From the human T2T-CHM13v2.0 reference genome, Homo sapiens, in NCBI RefSeq assembly GCF_009914755.1, contig NC_060934.1: a DNA stretch of 64,000 nt; one strand, written 5' to 3'. The notes under the pieces are model-generated. The model saw only the letters and a program-made list of their open reading frames with translations, searched no databases and had not been told where the DNA came from. How positions within the stretch are numbered: the first letter of the stretch is position 1; each line of letters starts with the position of its first letter. Position numbers and translations under genes: made by a program. Shown piece after piece: positions 1 through 14,874 of the stretch.

Positions 1-22
1 TTATCTAGATAAAACAAATACA

Positions 23-275
23 GTCAGGCACAGTGGCTCATGCCTATAATCCCGGCACTTTGGGAGGCTGAGACAAGTGTATTGCTTGAGCCCAGGAGTT
101 CGAGACCAGACCGGGCAACATAGAAAAATTTCGTCTCTACAAAAAATACAAAAATTAGCCAGGCATGGGGCATGCACCTGGAGTCCCAACTACTTGGGGA
201 GGCTGAGATAGGAATATCACTTGAGTCCAGGAGGTCAAGTTTGCAGAGTGAGATTCTGTCTCAAAAAACAAAACA
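23..275 (+). mobile_element. Alu (J-like, right arm partly deleted)
   Basis: Alu left arm, A-rich linker, truncated right arm. Confidence 0.85.
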
Positions 276-836
276 GAACACTCCAATATGGTGGAGTGTT
301 AAAAATTTTGGTTCTTGATGATGGGTCTATGTGTTATTATCATTTTATTCTTCTATATGCTTGAGAATCTCCATAAAAACATTTTAAAAAGTGATATAGC
401 AGATGTTTCTGATCTTGGGGACAAGTATGAACTGATCTTGCTCAGGGTTGCCTCCCACCCGAATCACATTTGAACCATGAATGTTGCAGAGTAATCTTTC
501 CTTCAAGAAAAAAGTCTCCCATCTTCCCTGGCAGCCTATTCTGAATTTTCATCATCTTTACAGTCAAGAAGTTCTTTCTTCTGCCTATTTCAAATGGTAA
601 AGGAACTCGTTTAGCTCTCAGCTATTTTGGTCTCTTCTGATTTCATAACAGGGTGGTTTGCAGAGTGTGTTAGATTTCGACTTTTCTTCAGGATTCATGT
701 TCCCATGGGCATTCTGGAATGGCTGGTAGGAGAGATTTCTCTCCAGTGTGGTCTGATATTTATCTGGAAACGCTGCAGGGAAACAGCACAAGGTACTCTG
801 ATGCTGAGCCACATAGCCTCATGCCTGTCCCCCAAC

Positions 837-1168
837 TTTTGTTTTTGTTTTTGTTTTTTTGGGGGTTTTTTTTTCGGAGATGGAGTTTCGCTCTGTCGCC
901 CAGGCTGGAGTGCAGTGATATGATCTCGGCTCACTGCAACTTCCACCTCACGGGTTCAAGCAATTTTCCTGCCTCAGCCTCCTGAGTACCTGGGATTACA
1001 GGCGCCCACCACCACACCCAGCTAATTTTTTGTATTTTTAGTGGAGGTGGGGTTTCGCCGTGTTGGCCAGGGTGGCCAGGCTGGTCTCGAACTCCTGAAC
1101 TCAGGTGATCTACCCGCCTCAGCCTCCCGAAGTGCTGGGATTACAGGCATGAGCCACCATGCCCGACC
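837..1168 (-). mobile_element. Alu (S-like)
   Basis: Full dimer in reverse; no TSD seen. Confidence 0.92.
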
Positions 1169-1859
1169 TATTGGCCTATTTTTCTTTCTATTTTTCACAC
1201 ATTTCTTATTTACTTATTGTCTACCTCTTCCACTAGAATGTACACTGTGAGGGTGTGGCCTTGGTCTGTGTCAATTTGGACTCAGTGGTTGGAGTTTACA
1301 GAATGTTTCTTTTTTGGCTTCGATGTCTTCCCGGGATGCTTATCCTTCATTAAGGATATTTCCTTCTAGTCAGTTCCGTTCTACAGGAGCCACCATTATA
1401 AGAGACACCTCGTTAGGAGTTCCATGCTTAGGGGCACTTGGGCAAACAACAAGAGGTCATTCTCCAATCGTATTTAATCTCTAGAATCTCCTAGAAACAG
1501 AATAACTTTAGCTAAGTGCCCCCAAATACTTTTCCTCAAGAGAAATTTGATTATATTCTACTGATATAAACAAAACATGATTCCCTTCACATAGAGAACT
1601 GGGTTATTGAACTGAGTGCCAGAGAATAAGAACAGAACAATCTTAGGTAATATTATTAGCAATGTATTATCTTTGTGTAAAACGACAGTTTCCAAATGAC
1701 ACAAATGATCTCATCTTTCTTGGAATTATCCCGTAGCGGGCAGTTTGGTGTTTAACGAACTTGGGGCGAATTAAGAAATGTGTCTTTCCAGAGATTCATT
1801 TGTTGATGATGACTTTGCGAGCACATGCCCTGCGGTAAAGATACGCTGTGGTCTGGAAA

Positions 1860-1929
1860 TGCATGTGTGTGCATATGTACACACACGCACACATACCATA
1901 CACATACAAACACACACACACACACACAC
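1860..1929. repeat. (TG)/(CA)n microsatellite region
   Basis: tgcatgtgtgtgcatatgtacacacacgcacac...cacacacacacacacacaca. Confidence 0.9.
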
Positions 1930-2952
1930 AGACGCACCAACTAAATACATGAGTTTGCACATTGGAATCCAGGCTGAAAAAAGTTGCAGTGTCCTGGATG
2001 CGCTCAGATGGTTGGGGGAGTGGGGGTCTGGTACATTTTCAAGGTTCTGTTTTGGTGTCAGATTGAGTGGAGATAGAGCGGCCATTAATTTAGCAGAGCA
2101 TCTGGGATCTTTAAAGCCAGAAAGAGCTATACAATTTATCAATCTTAATTTGCTCTCACTGTCATTAGACAGGGAAGATCTCTGGGAAACCCTGACAGGC
2201 CCCAGATGTTCTCCATTCGGCTGATATCACACACACCAGCAACGGCTGCAGAACTCCCACCCCCACCTTCCTCAGTCTCCCTTATGCCTCGTCCCTTGCA
2301 CTTGGGCTTGCTATGCTAGTTCCTGGACAGTATTTAGTAGCAGAAATGCACTTATTCAGTTAGGACTCTCTGGGCCACCCTACTTGCAACAGGAAACTGT
2401 CCTGTTGGAAGCCACTGGCACTGAGGTCCAGGGTGAAACTTTCAATCGAGAAAACATTTGTGTCCTTAATTAGAGAAATGAGGGGAAATGGATCAACCCA
2501 CCCAGTGTCTAGGACACATTCGGGTCCCTGAAATGCTCTCCTGGGTCAGCCATGTCTGAGGACCCATGGAAGAGCTACTATTGTCACTTCGTTATTTTAA
2601 GTTCCTTGAAGGTAGGGCTTGAATGTAAGATGTCATTTATCTTCCTATGATTTCCCCTATGATGTCATATATGGCAATGTTCAATTAATATACATGGCCT
2701 AACTGGATCATTGGGCTCTCACCAACTTATCCATTTTCATACATTCATCTTCTCCTTGTAAAGGAGGTTCTTAGTTCTGCAGGGTGAAAAATAAACAAAC
2801 ACATTTCTATATTCTTTAGGTTGTTTGTTTCCAACTATGTGCACCATCGTGGGTGAACAGGAGATAAGACAGACAGCACTTTTGGCTCCACAAACTTTAA
2901 GGTCTGGTGGTTGAGGCAGAGAAGTAAACAGCTGTTACTCACAGAGGGATAA

Positions 2953-3310
<358 letters not shown>

Positions 3311-3782
3311 AGTCCTGGGTTTTCTGAAAGGGGAGAGCTGATTTTTTAATATTAGTTTAGGAGTTGGGAGGAGGAAGCAACATTTATTTTGATTCTTGAA
3401 CCATGAGAAATGAGCTGGGTAAAGATGAGGGGTGACTCTTGGCACAAAGTTTACACAAAAGTTGAGCAGGACATTTCATTGTCGTTGCAGTTGTTTGGAT
3501 GGGAGGGGGAGAAGGAGTGATTTCCCTTCATTTTCCTAGTCATGACCCTAGGCATGGAAAGAGGAAGTGACTCTTCTGCTACTTTTAGGCATAAGTTTCT
3601 TGGTATATGCACCATTCCTTTGAATTAAGCCATTCTGTTTCAGAAGGCTTCAGTAAAAACAGAAATTACCCAGGGAGGTAATACAAATTACCCATTAGCA
3701 ATTTCAGATGACTTAAATTATTCCTTGACGTTTTCTAGTTACCTCTCTGGGTTCTGATTAAATGAGCAATGTGGCTATTGGA

Positions 3783-4104
<322 letters not shown>

Positions 4105-5418
4105 GAATTTCAAAAGGAAGAAGTGAAGTTCAGAGGAAGGAAGGAAAAACAGAGATGGTAAGGTGTTGAGTTTACTCGGTGGTTTTCGGGAACTCTATTT
4201 CAACCTGGTGTTACTAGGTCTGACACTTACTCCCCTCAAAAGGTCCCATGCTAAAATAAGTTGGGAAAACATATGTTTAAAGGAAGTGAAAGTTTATTTA
4301 TAGTAGGCATTTTTGGAGCTTTCATTATGCCAAAGTGCAACGTGACTCTTCAAGAAATGTTATAACATTAATCATTTTCTAAATGTATTTGACCTCAGAA
4401 TCTCTCTTTTTTTGGAAAGGAATTAGTGTTTCAGCCAACACACGTTGCGCAATTTTGGTTTGGTCTATGGAGCAGTTGAGAGGATGAATAACCCCTGGAA
4501 GGGCCCCACTGTGTCACTGCAATGGCCAAAGCACTACATGGTGGAGAGTGTTGGGTTGACTCATTTGTACCCAAGATCAGCCTGATTTCTTGCTTGAATA
4601 TATGTTTATGCCCTTCCATAACCTAGTGTGGATTTAAGAATATGTTAGTTCTGTAAACAATCCTCCCCCCAATTTATTTATTTTTTGTGATTTATATATA
4701 TTATTTCAAGATTAAAGATTTTCCATTATGCTCCCTAAAATGAGGTAGATCCGCAGAGAATCTGAGCTCTCATGCAATTGCTTTCTGGCCAAATGTGCAA
4801 ACTCCTTCTATAAAAGTACCAGGCAATCCATCTTGTCCACTTGACCTCGTTTATCTCGCTTAGTTTATCAGTTCATCTTGGAAACACACTTTCACCAAGC
4901 TGACCATGACTATTTATATACACTTGGAAGACATTCCACTGGAAATTATTCTCGTACTGCTTTGCCAGTATAGCAGGGAAATGGTAATAGGACCCTACTG
5001 TTTCATCACTATGTTTTCCTTAAGATAGTTTCCTGTGGTGTTATCAGCCAGTTTGAAGATTAAGAAAATCTCCTGCAGGCATTCCAAAACTCTTTTGTTG
5101 GAAGTTGGAAGGCATTCCTTCCAACTCTTTTGGTTTCTTCTGGAGCAAGAAATATTTATAAAAGATGGGAAGGCAAAAATCTAAGAGAGGAAAGAGGGGG
5201 AAAACTATTTGTTTTCTTTATTTCAACTATTTAGATATCTACTGTGCACAGGAGACTCTGGTGGGGACTGCAAAAAATGTGGAAAGGGGTATGATGTGGC
5301 CATGTGGTCCTTGCCATTAGGTCCAGCCTCCATTAGGAGGATGACAAGGGAGGAAAACAAGATATCTGCATAATTGATTAACTATCAGGCAGATAAAGGC
5401 AAATACGAGATAACATCA

Positions 5419-5909
<491 letters not shown>

Positions 5910-6091
5910 TCAAGAAGCACGCAGCAGGTTTTTAGATATTGGCATTCATCCAGCCTGTGACATAGGCTAGAATCAGGAGTCTTTCTCATTCCTCCCCGAC
6001 CTCCAGCATCCTTTACTCAACAGCTCCCTCAGGCCAGTGGATTTGCTCTCCTAGTAGCTTTCAAACCCATCGCAGATCCATTCCCATTTCA

Positions 6092-6401
6092 TCTTTTGTT
6101 TTCTTTTATTTTTTATTTTTTTGAGATGGAGTCTCACTCTGTCACCCAGGCTGGAGTGCAGTGGTGCCATCTCGGCTGACTGCAACCTCCACCTCCTAGG
6201 CTCAGGCCATTCTCCCGCCTCAGCGTCCTGAGTAGCTGGGACTACAGGTGCGCACCACCATGTCTGGCTAATTTTTGTATTTTTATTGGAGACAGGATTT
6301 CACCATGTTGGCCAGGCTGGTCTTGAACTCCTGACCTCGTGATCGCCCACCTCAGCCTCCCAAACTTTTGAGATTACAGGCATGAGCCACCACACTCGGC
6401 C
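6092..6401 (-). mobile_element. Alu (S-like)
   Basis: Full dimer, TSD ttcatctttt. Confidence 0.92.
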
Positions 6402-6661
6402 CCAGTTCATCTTTTCTAGCTCACTTTGCTGTGATTGACTCCTAATGATTTCTCCTTTTCTCTGCCTGCGCGGCCTCTGGTAGACTCGCTACACTACCAC
6501 CAGAGAAAACTCCCCTAAGGCAAACCTAAGTAGTCACACGGCAGCCCATGGCCACCAGGAGTGCGTCCAGATTCCTTACCGTGGCCTGGGTTCTGCAGTT
6601 AGATGGGGCTGCGCTCAAATTCCATCTCTGTTGCTATAAGTTATGTGACCAGCTGTGTTAA

Positions 6662-7030
<369 letters not shown>

Positions 7031-7319
7031 ACTAATATTCTTATCACTGTTTTCTCTCCAGCATTTCCCCTCACTCATTCTTATATGATCCCTGACCCAG
7101 TTTTTGTTGGCAACTGCAGAACGTTCTCTCTTGGCCTTTATCCTCTCATCTTTTTCTGTTACTCCTCCCACCTGCCTCTGAAACGGGCCTCCAGCATCCC
7201 TGCCTCTTGGAAATCTGCTGGTATCCTCTTCTCTGCACTCCTGTCCCCAGGACTTATTGAGTATCGGTGATCCCATCCCACCTGGTACCTCCCTTGCAAT
7301 GTTGCATGCCTTCATCTTT

Positions 7320-7780
7320 CCATACCTGGCTAACTATTTCTCTAGGATAAATTCCCAGAAGTGAAATTGCTGGTCAAAGGATAGGTGTATTTTGAGTTTG
7401 GACACCCAGTGCCATATCACCCTCTAAAAGGGAGTGTAAATTTCCACTCCCACAAGCAGTGGATAAAAGGATCTCATTTTCTCACACCATGCTAACGCTC
7501 GGTAGGGTCACTATTTTTTAGTCTTTGCCAATCTGATGGGTGAAATATGATCCATCATTGTTGTTTTAGATGATTTTCTTTGATCTTTAATAGCGTTTCA
7601 TGGTACGTTTATTTCCACCTTTGTGAATTGCCTCTGTGTTTTGCCCATTTTTCTAGTGGGGTTTGATTTGTAAGATGCTCTTCTATATTCGCCTTTAAAA
7701 AGGTGCATTGCAAATATTTCTCCTATCTTATTATTTACCTTTAAACTTACAGTATATCATAGGTCTTTTATTAATTTTTG
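7320..7780 (-). mobile_element. Old L1M fragment (similar fragments at ~8260-8460 and ~13500-13900)
   Basis: tttctctaggataaattcccagaagtgaaattgctggtcaaagg...cactcccacaagcagt...ttgtgaattgcct...ttgcaaatatttctcc. Confidence 0.65.
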
Positions 7781-7917
7781 TGGTAGGGAAGTTTAAAACT
7801 TTTACGTTGCTGAACTTATTTATATTTTTTCTTTTCAAAATCAGAGTATTTTTTCTTACTTAATAAGAATAGTAGAATTATAATACTCTACTCATTTTTC
7901 TTCAAATACTTTTAAGA

Positions 7918-7930
7918 GATGATGATGATA

Positions 7931-7962
<32 letters not shown>
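7918..7962. repeat. (GAT)n trinucleotide repeat, ~15 units with one interruption
   Basis: gatgatgatgataatgatgatgat... Confidence 0.95.
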
Positions 7963-7963
<1 letters not shown>

Positions 7964-7974
7964 GCATGATTATA

Positions 7975-8232
7975 TTTTAGAAATGGAGGCTCGCTCTGTC
8001 ACCCAGGCTGCAGTGCTGGAGTGCAGTGGCACCACCATAGATCACTGCAGCCTTGAACTCCTGGGCTTAAACAATCTTCCCATCTCAGCCTCTGAGGTAG
8101 CTGGGACTACCAGCACATGACACCAGACCTGGCTAATTTTTTAATTGTTTCGTAGAGATGAGGTCCGGCTATGTTGCCCAGGCTGGTGTTGAGCTCTTGG
8201 CCTCAAGCAATCTTTCAGTCTTAGCCTTCTAA
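7975..8232 (-). mobile_element. Alu (J-like), next to a (GAT)n tract
   Basis: cactgcagccttgaactcctgggct... J-type diagnostic. Confidence 0.85.
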
Positions 8233-8244
8233 ATATTATTTTAA

Positions 8245-8776
<532 letters not shown>

Positions 8777-8816
8777 TATTGGCCTATTTTTCTATTTCTA
8801 CATGAGTTTTATACCA

Positions 8817-8883
8817 TTAGGTTGGTGCAAGAGTAATTGTGGTTTTAGTGGCAAAAACCTCAATTATTTTTGCACCAACCTAG
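8817..8883. mobile_element. MADE1 (Hsmar1-derived MITE), internally deleted
   Basis: ttaggttggtgcaagagtaattgtggtttt...aaaaacctcaattatttttgcaccaacctag: palindromic mariner TIRs. Confidence 0.9.
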
Positions 8884-10603
8884 TTAAATGTGGCATGATA
8901 GTATATTTTGATATCTGGCAAGCTAGTCCTCCACAGTCTCATTTTCTCAAATGTTCTTATACCCCTGCCTTGTTACTGGGATTGAGGTAAAGACTCATCC
9001 ATCTGCAGGCCCAGGAGATGCTTGGGATTCTGGGGATGCTGGTGACCTGAACAGACCGAATGGCCTGGATTCATGTGTTCTTTTAGAAATCCTCAGGCTT
9101 TGGGGGATGGCCTCAGATTTGAGGAAACTCGCAGAGACCCTGGGTCTAGTGCTGGTTCCGACCTCTGGGGATCTCTGTGCAGGTCTGGACTGTTCTGTAG
9201 CAGGGAATATTCTAGGGATTAGGTATGTCCTTTCTGAGGATTGATTGCCATGCCTTGCTGAGGGCAAAAATAGTGGTGAGAGAGGGCCAGAGAAAGAGTG
9301 ATGGGCTTTTGACTTCTGTTTCATTCTGATTTATACTCAGTACCAGCCCGCTTCCTAGAAAAGGAAAATTACTACATTCATAAAATTGGTATACCTAAGC
9401 TGTTCAATTACTCTTAAAAATAAGAATGTGAGAAATCACTGATTGCAAATGTGAATGCTGGTGACTAGGACACGGTGTGAAATGTTCATTTTCAGAAGGA
9501 ATGAGGCATTGTTGGTGCACATCATGAAATTCTTTGAACATTTCTAGGGCCAAGAGAAAAGGGACTTTACCCTAGTACCTTATATGGGTCTCGTTCCTAC
9601 CCTTTTTGGAGGAGAGTGCACGTGAGTTCACCATGCCTTCATTCATACGTTCGTGTTTCCAGCCACTGAAACCGTCTAACTATTTTAACTCAATCCAGTC
9701 CCTCTAAATACCACTCACCAGAAACAGATCAGGAAAAACAACAAGAAGCAAGGTTTAGATTAAGCCTCTGAGGAGGGGGAAATGGTTACACAGGTCAAAT
9801 TCCACTGAGGCAAGACTTGGGCAAAATCTACAATGGTCTGCATTTTCCTACTGATCAATAGTTTTCCTTCTGATCAATAGTTTTCCTTACGTAGGTTTTC
9901 TCTTTAGGCTGCAGCCATCTTTCATTATTGTACATTTTTGTGGTGACCAGATTTAACCTATAAATAGAACTTGCATGACTTTGTTCTTCTAGGAATTAGG
10001 ACCAAATCGGCCCTAAACTCAGCTTTCATAGGTGACTTCTCAAATTATGGTCAGGGTACAGTTTCTCCTTCCTTTGTTGGGAAACAACACATTTTTGCAT
10101 GGTGGTGTCATCAAAATATGTAATACATAGAATTTCCCTAAAATGCTGTGATTGTGTTTAAGGACATCTTCAGGCAGCTGATTTCTGCCCTGAGTTTGCA
10201 AAATGAAACCCAGATTTCTTTCTGGATATGTAAACAGAATTACTCCCATGTAGAAGCAAGGCCAGGGCGGTGTAAAAACAAGTACTTCATTAGCTTTCAA
10301 TTGTGAGCCCATCCCATGGTGGGAGAGTTGGGGACCTAAAGGGCACCCCTGGAAGTCTCTACTACAATATTGCTTCTTGCAATGTGGTCTAAGGTTTCTG
10401 TGATTTGTCATCACCTAAGGGAACCAGGGTCCTGGGAGTGGGGTGGGTGTGGCTGCAGAATTCTGCATTTTTACAAGCACTCCAGGTACTGCCCATTCTG
10501 TCCACACGGAAATTGAGAACAACTATCTTATAGGGCTCTCAATATTTGTTGAGAGCCCTATTTGGCCGGATGTTTATGAAAGTTTATACAAAAATGATCT
10601 GAG

Positions 10604-11228
<625 letters not shown>

Positions 11229-11283
11229 TTGCCAAGAATGGGACTTTGAAGGCTTTCATTGCTTTAGAACTGTATACTATTTC

Positions 11284-11566
11284 TTTATATTGAATCCAAG
11301 ACTCTTGAAGAACTCAAAGCTTCTTTTTGGTTATGTACTTAGGGTTTAATTGGATATTGCAAGCTCAAATGTATTCAGAGGCTAGGCTGGCATCATAAAT
11401 AAAAGACAATTAGAAATGATGGGACCCATGAGAAAATGGAGATTGTGTGCCCCAGTAAAGGCTTCCAAATTTGAAATCATGTTACATACCATGGTCAAAC
11501 AAAACATATGTCTCAAAGCTGTAATGAGCAAGTAAAGCTGTGGGTTTAGGACCTTTGCTAAGTAAT
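11284..11566 (+). repeat. Local duplication A, copy 1 (copy 2 at 13115-13401)
   Basis: Colinear blocks tttatattgaatccaagactcttgaa, ggttatgtacttagggtttaattgg, gcatcataaataaaagacaattagaaa, gatgggacccatgagaaaatggagattgtgt and ctttgctaagtaat occur in both copies. Confidence 0.92.
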
Positions 11567-11951
11567 TTCTGCCTCCTTCCAAACAAAACGATTCTAAGTT
11601 CTTTAATCTTTATTCATGAGCAGGCATTTTTGTTATTGTTTTTAGATCTTTCTGCCTCGTTTTTAAAGAGGTAAAGGAGGAAGGTCTGCAAAAGTTAATT
11701 TTATAGCATGAAAACTATCAGGGCTGAGAAAAGTTCTTTGTTTTCAAATGTCATTATTACTATATGTTATCAGTGTGTTTGCTTAAAAAATGGTATTTAA
11801 TTTTTTTGTTGTGAAGCTAATATATTAACACACGTCTAAAAGAATAATTGGAAAAGAAAAAGAAAAAAATAAGCAAAATTAACTCATCCTTTGGTGAATG
11901 TTTTGATGTATTTTTTCCGGTTCTTTTTTTCTATATAAAGTTTGAACATAA

Positions 11952-12257
<306 letters not shown>

Positions 12258-12355
12258 CATAACTTATTTTTCTAACTATACCTCATTCCAAAAAGGATTA
12301 AAGACTATTATTAAAGACAAAGTGATCCATTATGTTCCCGTATATTTATGCATAA

Positions 12356-12683
<328 letters not shown>

Positions 12684-12799
12684 TAGGTGTACTTATAATA
12701 GCAATCATATTGTGTATGCTCACGACAGTGTTTGTATGCATTTTTTTTTAAATATGTGTTTCGGAGATCTTTCCATGTTGTTACTTATAACAGCCATAG

Positions 12800-13090
12800 T
12801 AGCCACAGCTAACATTTATTGAACACTTTGTATGTGTACAGCACTGTTCTGAGAACTTCACGTGTACTACTTATTTAATTCTCACAACAAAGGGGGTGTT
12901 GTTAATTCTGCCTTTCAGATGACACTGAGGCACAGAGAGATTCAGGGGTTTCCAGTGACACAGATAGTAAATGGTGCAGTTGGGATTTGAGGACTGCCAG
13001 TCTGACTTCAGAGTCTATGAGCTCAAGAGTCTATGAGTTTCAGCGTCTATGAGGTTAAGAGTCTATGAGTACCATGTGGTACTGCCTCTC
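12800..13090 (-). mobile_element. MIR
   Basis: gctaacatttattgaacac...tttaattctcacaacaa...cactgaggcacagagag...cagatagtaaatggtgcagttgggatttga. Confidence 0.75.
13010..13069. repeat. 16-bp period minisatellite, 4 copies
   Basis: ag(a/c)gtctatgag at 13010, 13026, 13042, 13058. Confidence 0.9.
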
Positions 13091-13114
13091 AGGCTTCTGA
13101 ACTATTGCAGAGTG

Positions 13115-13401
13115 TTTATATTGAATCCAAGACTCTTGAAGAGTTTTAAGCTCCTTTTTGGTTATGTACTTAGGGTTTAATTGGGCACTGCAAGCTCAAA
13201 TGCACTCAGAGGCTAGGGAGGCATCATAAATAAAAGACAATTAGAAAGGATGGGACCCATGAGAAAATGGAGATTGTGTCCCAGTAAAGGCTTTCAAATT
13301 CAAAATTGTGTTAAATGCCACGGTCAAACAAAACACATCTCAAGGCTGTATTGAGCAAGCAAAGCTGTGGATGTGTGGGTGTGGAAACTTTGCTAAGTAA
13401 T
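13115..13401 (+). repeat. Local duplication A, copy 2
   Basis: See 11284-11566. Confidence 0.92.
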
Positions 13402-13935
13402 CCCCTCTTTAAAAACTGTACCACGTTTTAAAAAAACTGTCAATACTAATTGACTTTAGGTGGCTCAAAAATCTTATTATTACAAGTAAGATGACAGAGA
13501 TATCTTGGTATACACACGCCCATATTTATGTAGATTAGATATTAGGCAATGGGCTCTGCTAAGTCACCAGCTAATAGATATTTAACATTTTATTATATAC
13601 TACCACAAAAGCTCTACCAATTTGTATTCCAACCCACAGTCTATGAGAGTGACTATTTCTTTGCCAATGCGCGATAACATTCTTTTAATTTTTGCTAATG
13701 TAGTGAGTAAAAAAATGATGTCTCATTAAAAAAATTTGCATATCCTTAATTACTAGTGAGGTTTCGTATGTTTGTTGGTCATTTAAATTTTCTCTTCTGT
13801 GAATTGTCCAGTAAGAATCTTTGCTGAGTTTTCTATTGAGTTCTTTGTTTTTTCTTATTGATTTTGGGATTTCTTTATATATTGTGGATAAAAATTCATG
13901 GTCTCTTTTAGGTAGCATTAAAAAAAATGAGAGAG

Positions 13936-14230
13936 GGCCAAGAGTGGTGGCTCATGCCTGTAATCCCAGCTCTTTGGGAGGTTGAGGGGAGCAGATCACT
14001 TGAGGTCAGGAGTTTGAGACCAGGCTGGCCAACACGGTGAAACCCTGTCTCCACTAAAAATACAAAAATTCTGGGTGTGGTGGCTCACACCTGTAGTACC
14101 TACTACTCAGGAGTCTGAGGCAGAAGGATGGCTTGAAACTGGGAGGCAGAGGTTGTAGGAAGCCAAGATCGAGCCACTGCACTCCAGCCCGGGCAACAGA
14201 GTGAGACTCCATTCACCCAACCCCCCAGAA
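13936..14230 (+). mobile_element. Alu (S-like)
   Basis: Full dimer, TSD aaaaatgagag. Confidence 0.9.
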
Positions 14231-14236
14231 AAATGA

Positions 14237-14500
14237 GAGGTAGCATCGGGTATGGGTTATGAGCACAGTCCATGAAGTGAGGCTGTCTGGATTCTAATCT
14301 TGGCTGTGCCACTTACTAGCTGTGTGATCTTGGCCAAGTGACTCAATCTCTCTGTATCTCAGTTTCCTAGCCTGAAAAGTGAGAAGGATAATAATAGTGT
14401 CTACTTCACCCTGTTGTAGGAGTAAATGAATAAGGACACATTAGGTTGGCATCTGGCACATAATTAGCAGCATTTGAAGCAGTTATTGTATTATTGTTAC
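14237..14500 (+). mobile_element. MIR
   Basis: ggattctaatcttggctgtgccacttactagctgtgtgatcttggccaagtgactcaatctctctgtatctcagtttcct. Confidence 0.8.
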
Positions 14501-14580
14501 TTGTTGTAAATATCTTCCTATCTGCTGTTTGTTTTCAACTTTGTGCTGCCTTTAGTATTAATCAAGTTTAAGTTTAAGCA

Positions 14581-14874
14581 TATATATATATTTGAAACAG
14601 GGTCTGTCTCTGTTGCCCAGGCTACAGTGCAGTGGTATGTTCATAGCTCACCATAGCCTCCAACTTCTGGACTCAAGCAATCCTCCTGCCTCAGCCTCCT
14701 GAGTAGCTGGGATAACAGGTGTGCAGCACTATAACAGGAAATTTTTTTTTTTTTTTTAAAGATGGGTTCTTGTTATGTTGTCCAGGCTTATCTTGAGCTC
14801 CTGACCACAAACAACCCTCCTGCCTCAGCCTCCTAAAGTACTTGGATTACAGGCCTGACACACTGCTCCTGGCT
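14581..14874 (-). mobile_element. Alu (J-like)
   Basis: Diverged dimer in reverse. Confidence 0.85.

Noticed and set aside
1778-2224. 148-aa plus-strand ORF
   Set aside because: It runs through a (CA)n tract (THTHTH) and has no recognisable domain.
6549-6566. CTCF-like motif tggccaccaggagtgcg
   Set aside because: The 3' half departs from the CCASYAGRKGGCRS core; not supportable without ChIP data.
13010-13069. CRISPR-like repeat-spacer pattern
   Set aside because: A 12-nt core with 4-nt spacers is a minisatellite, not an array.
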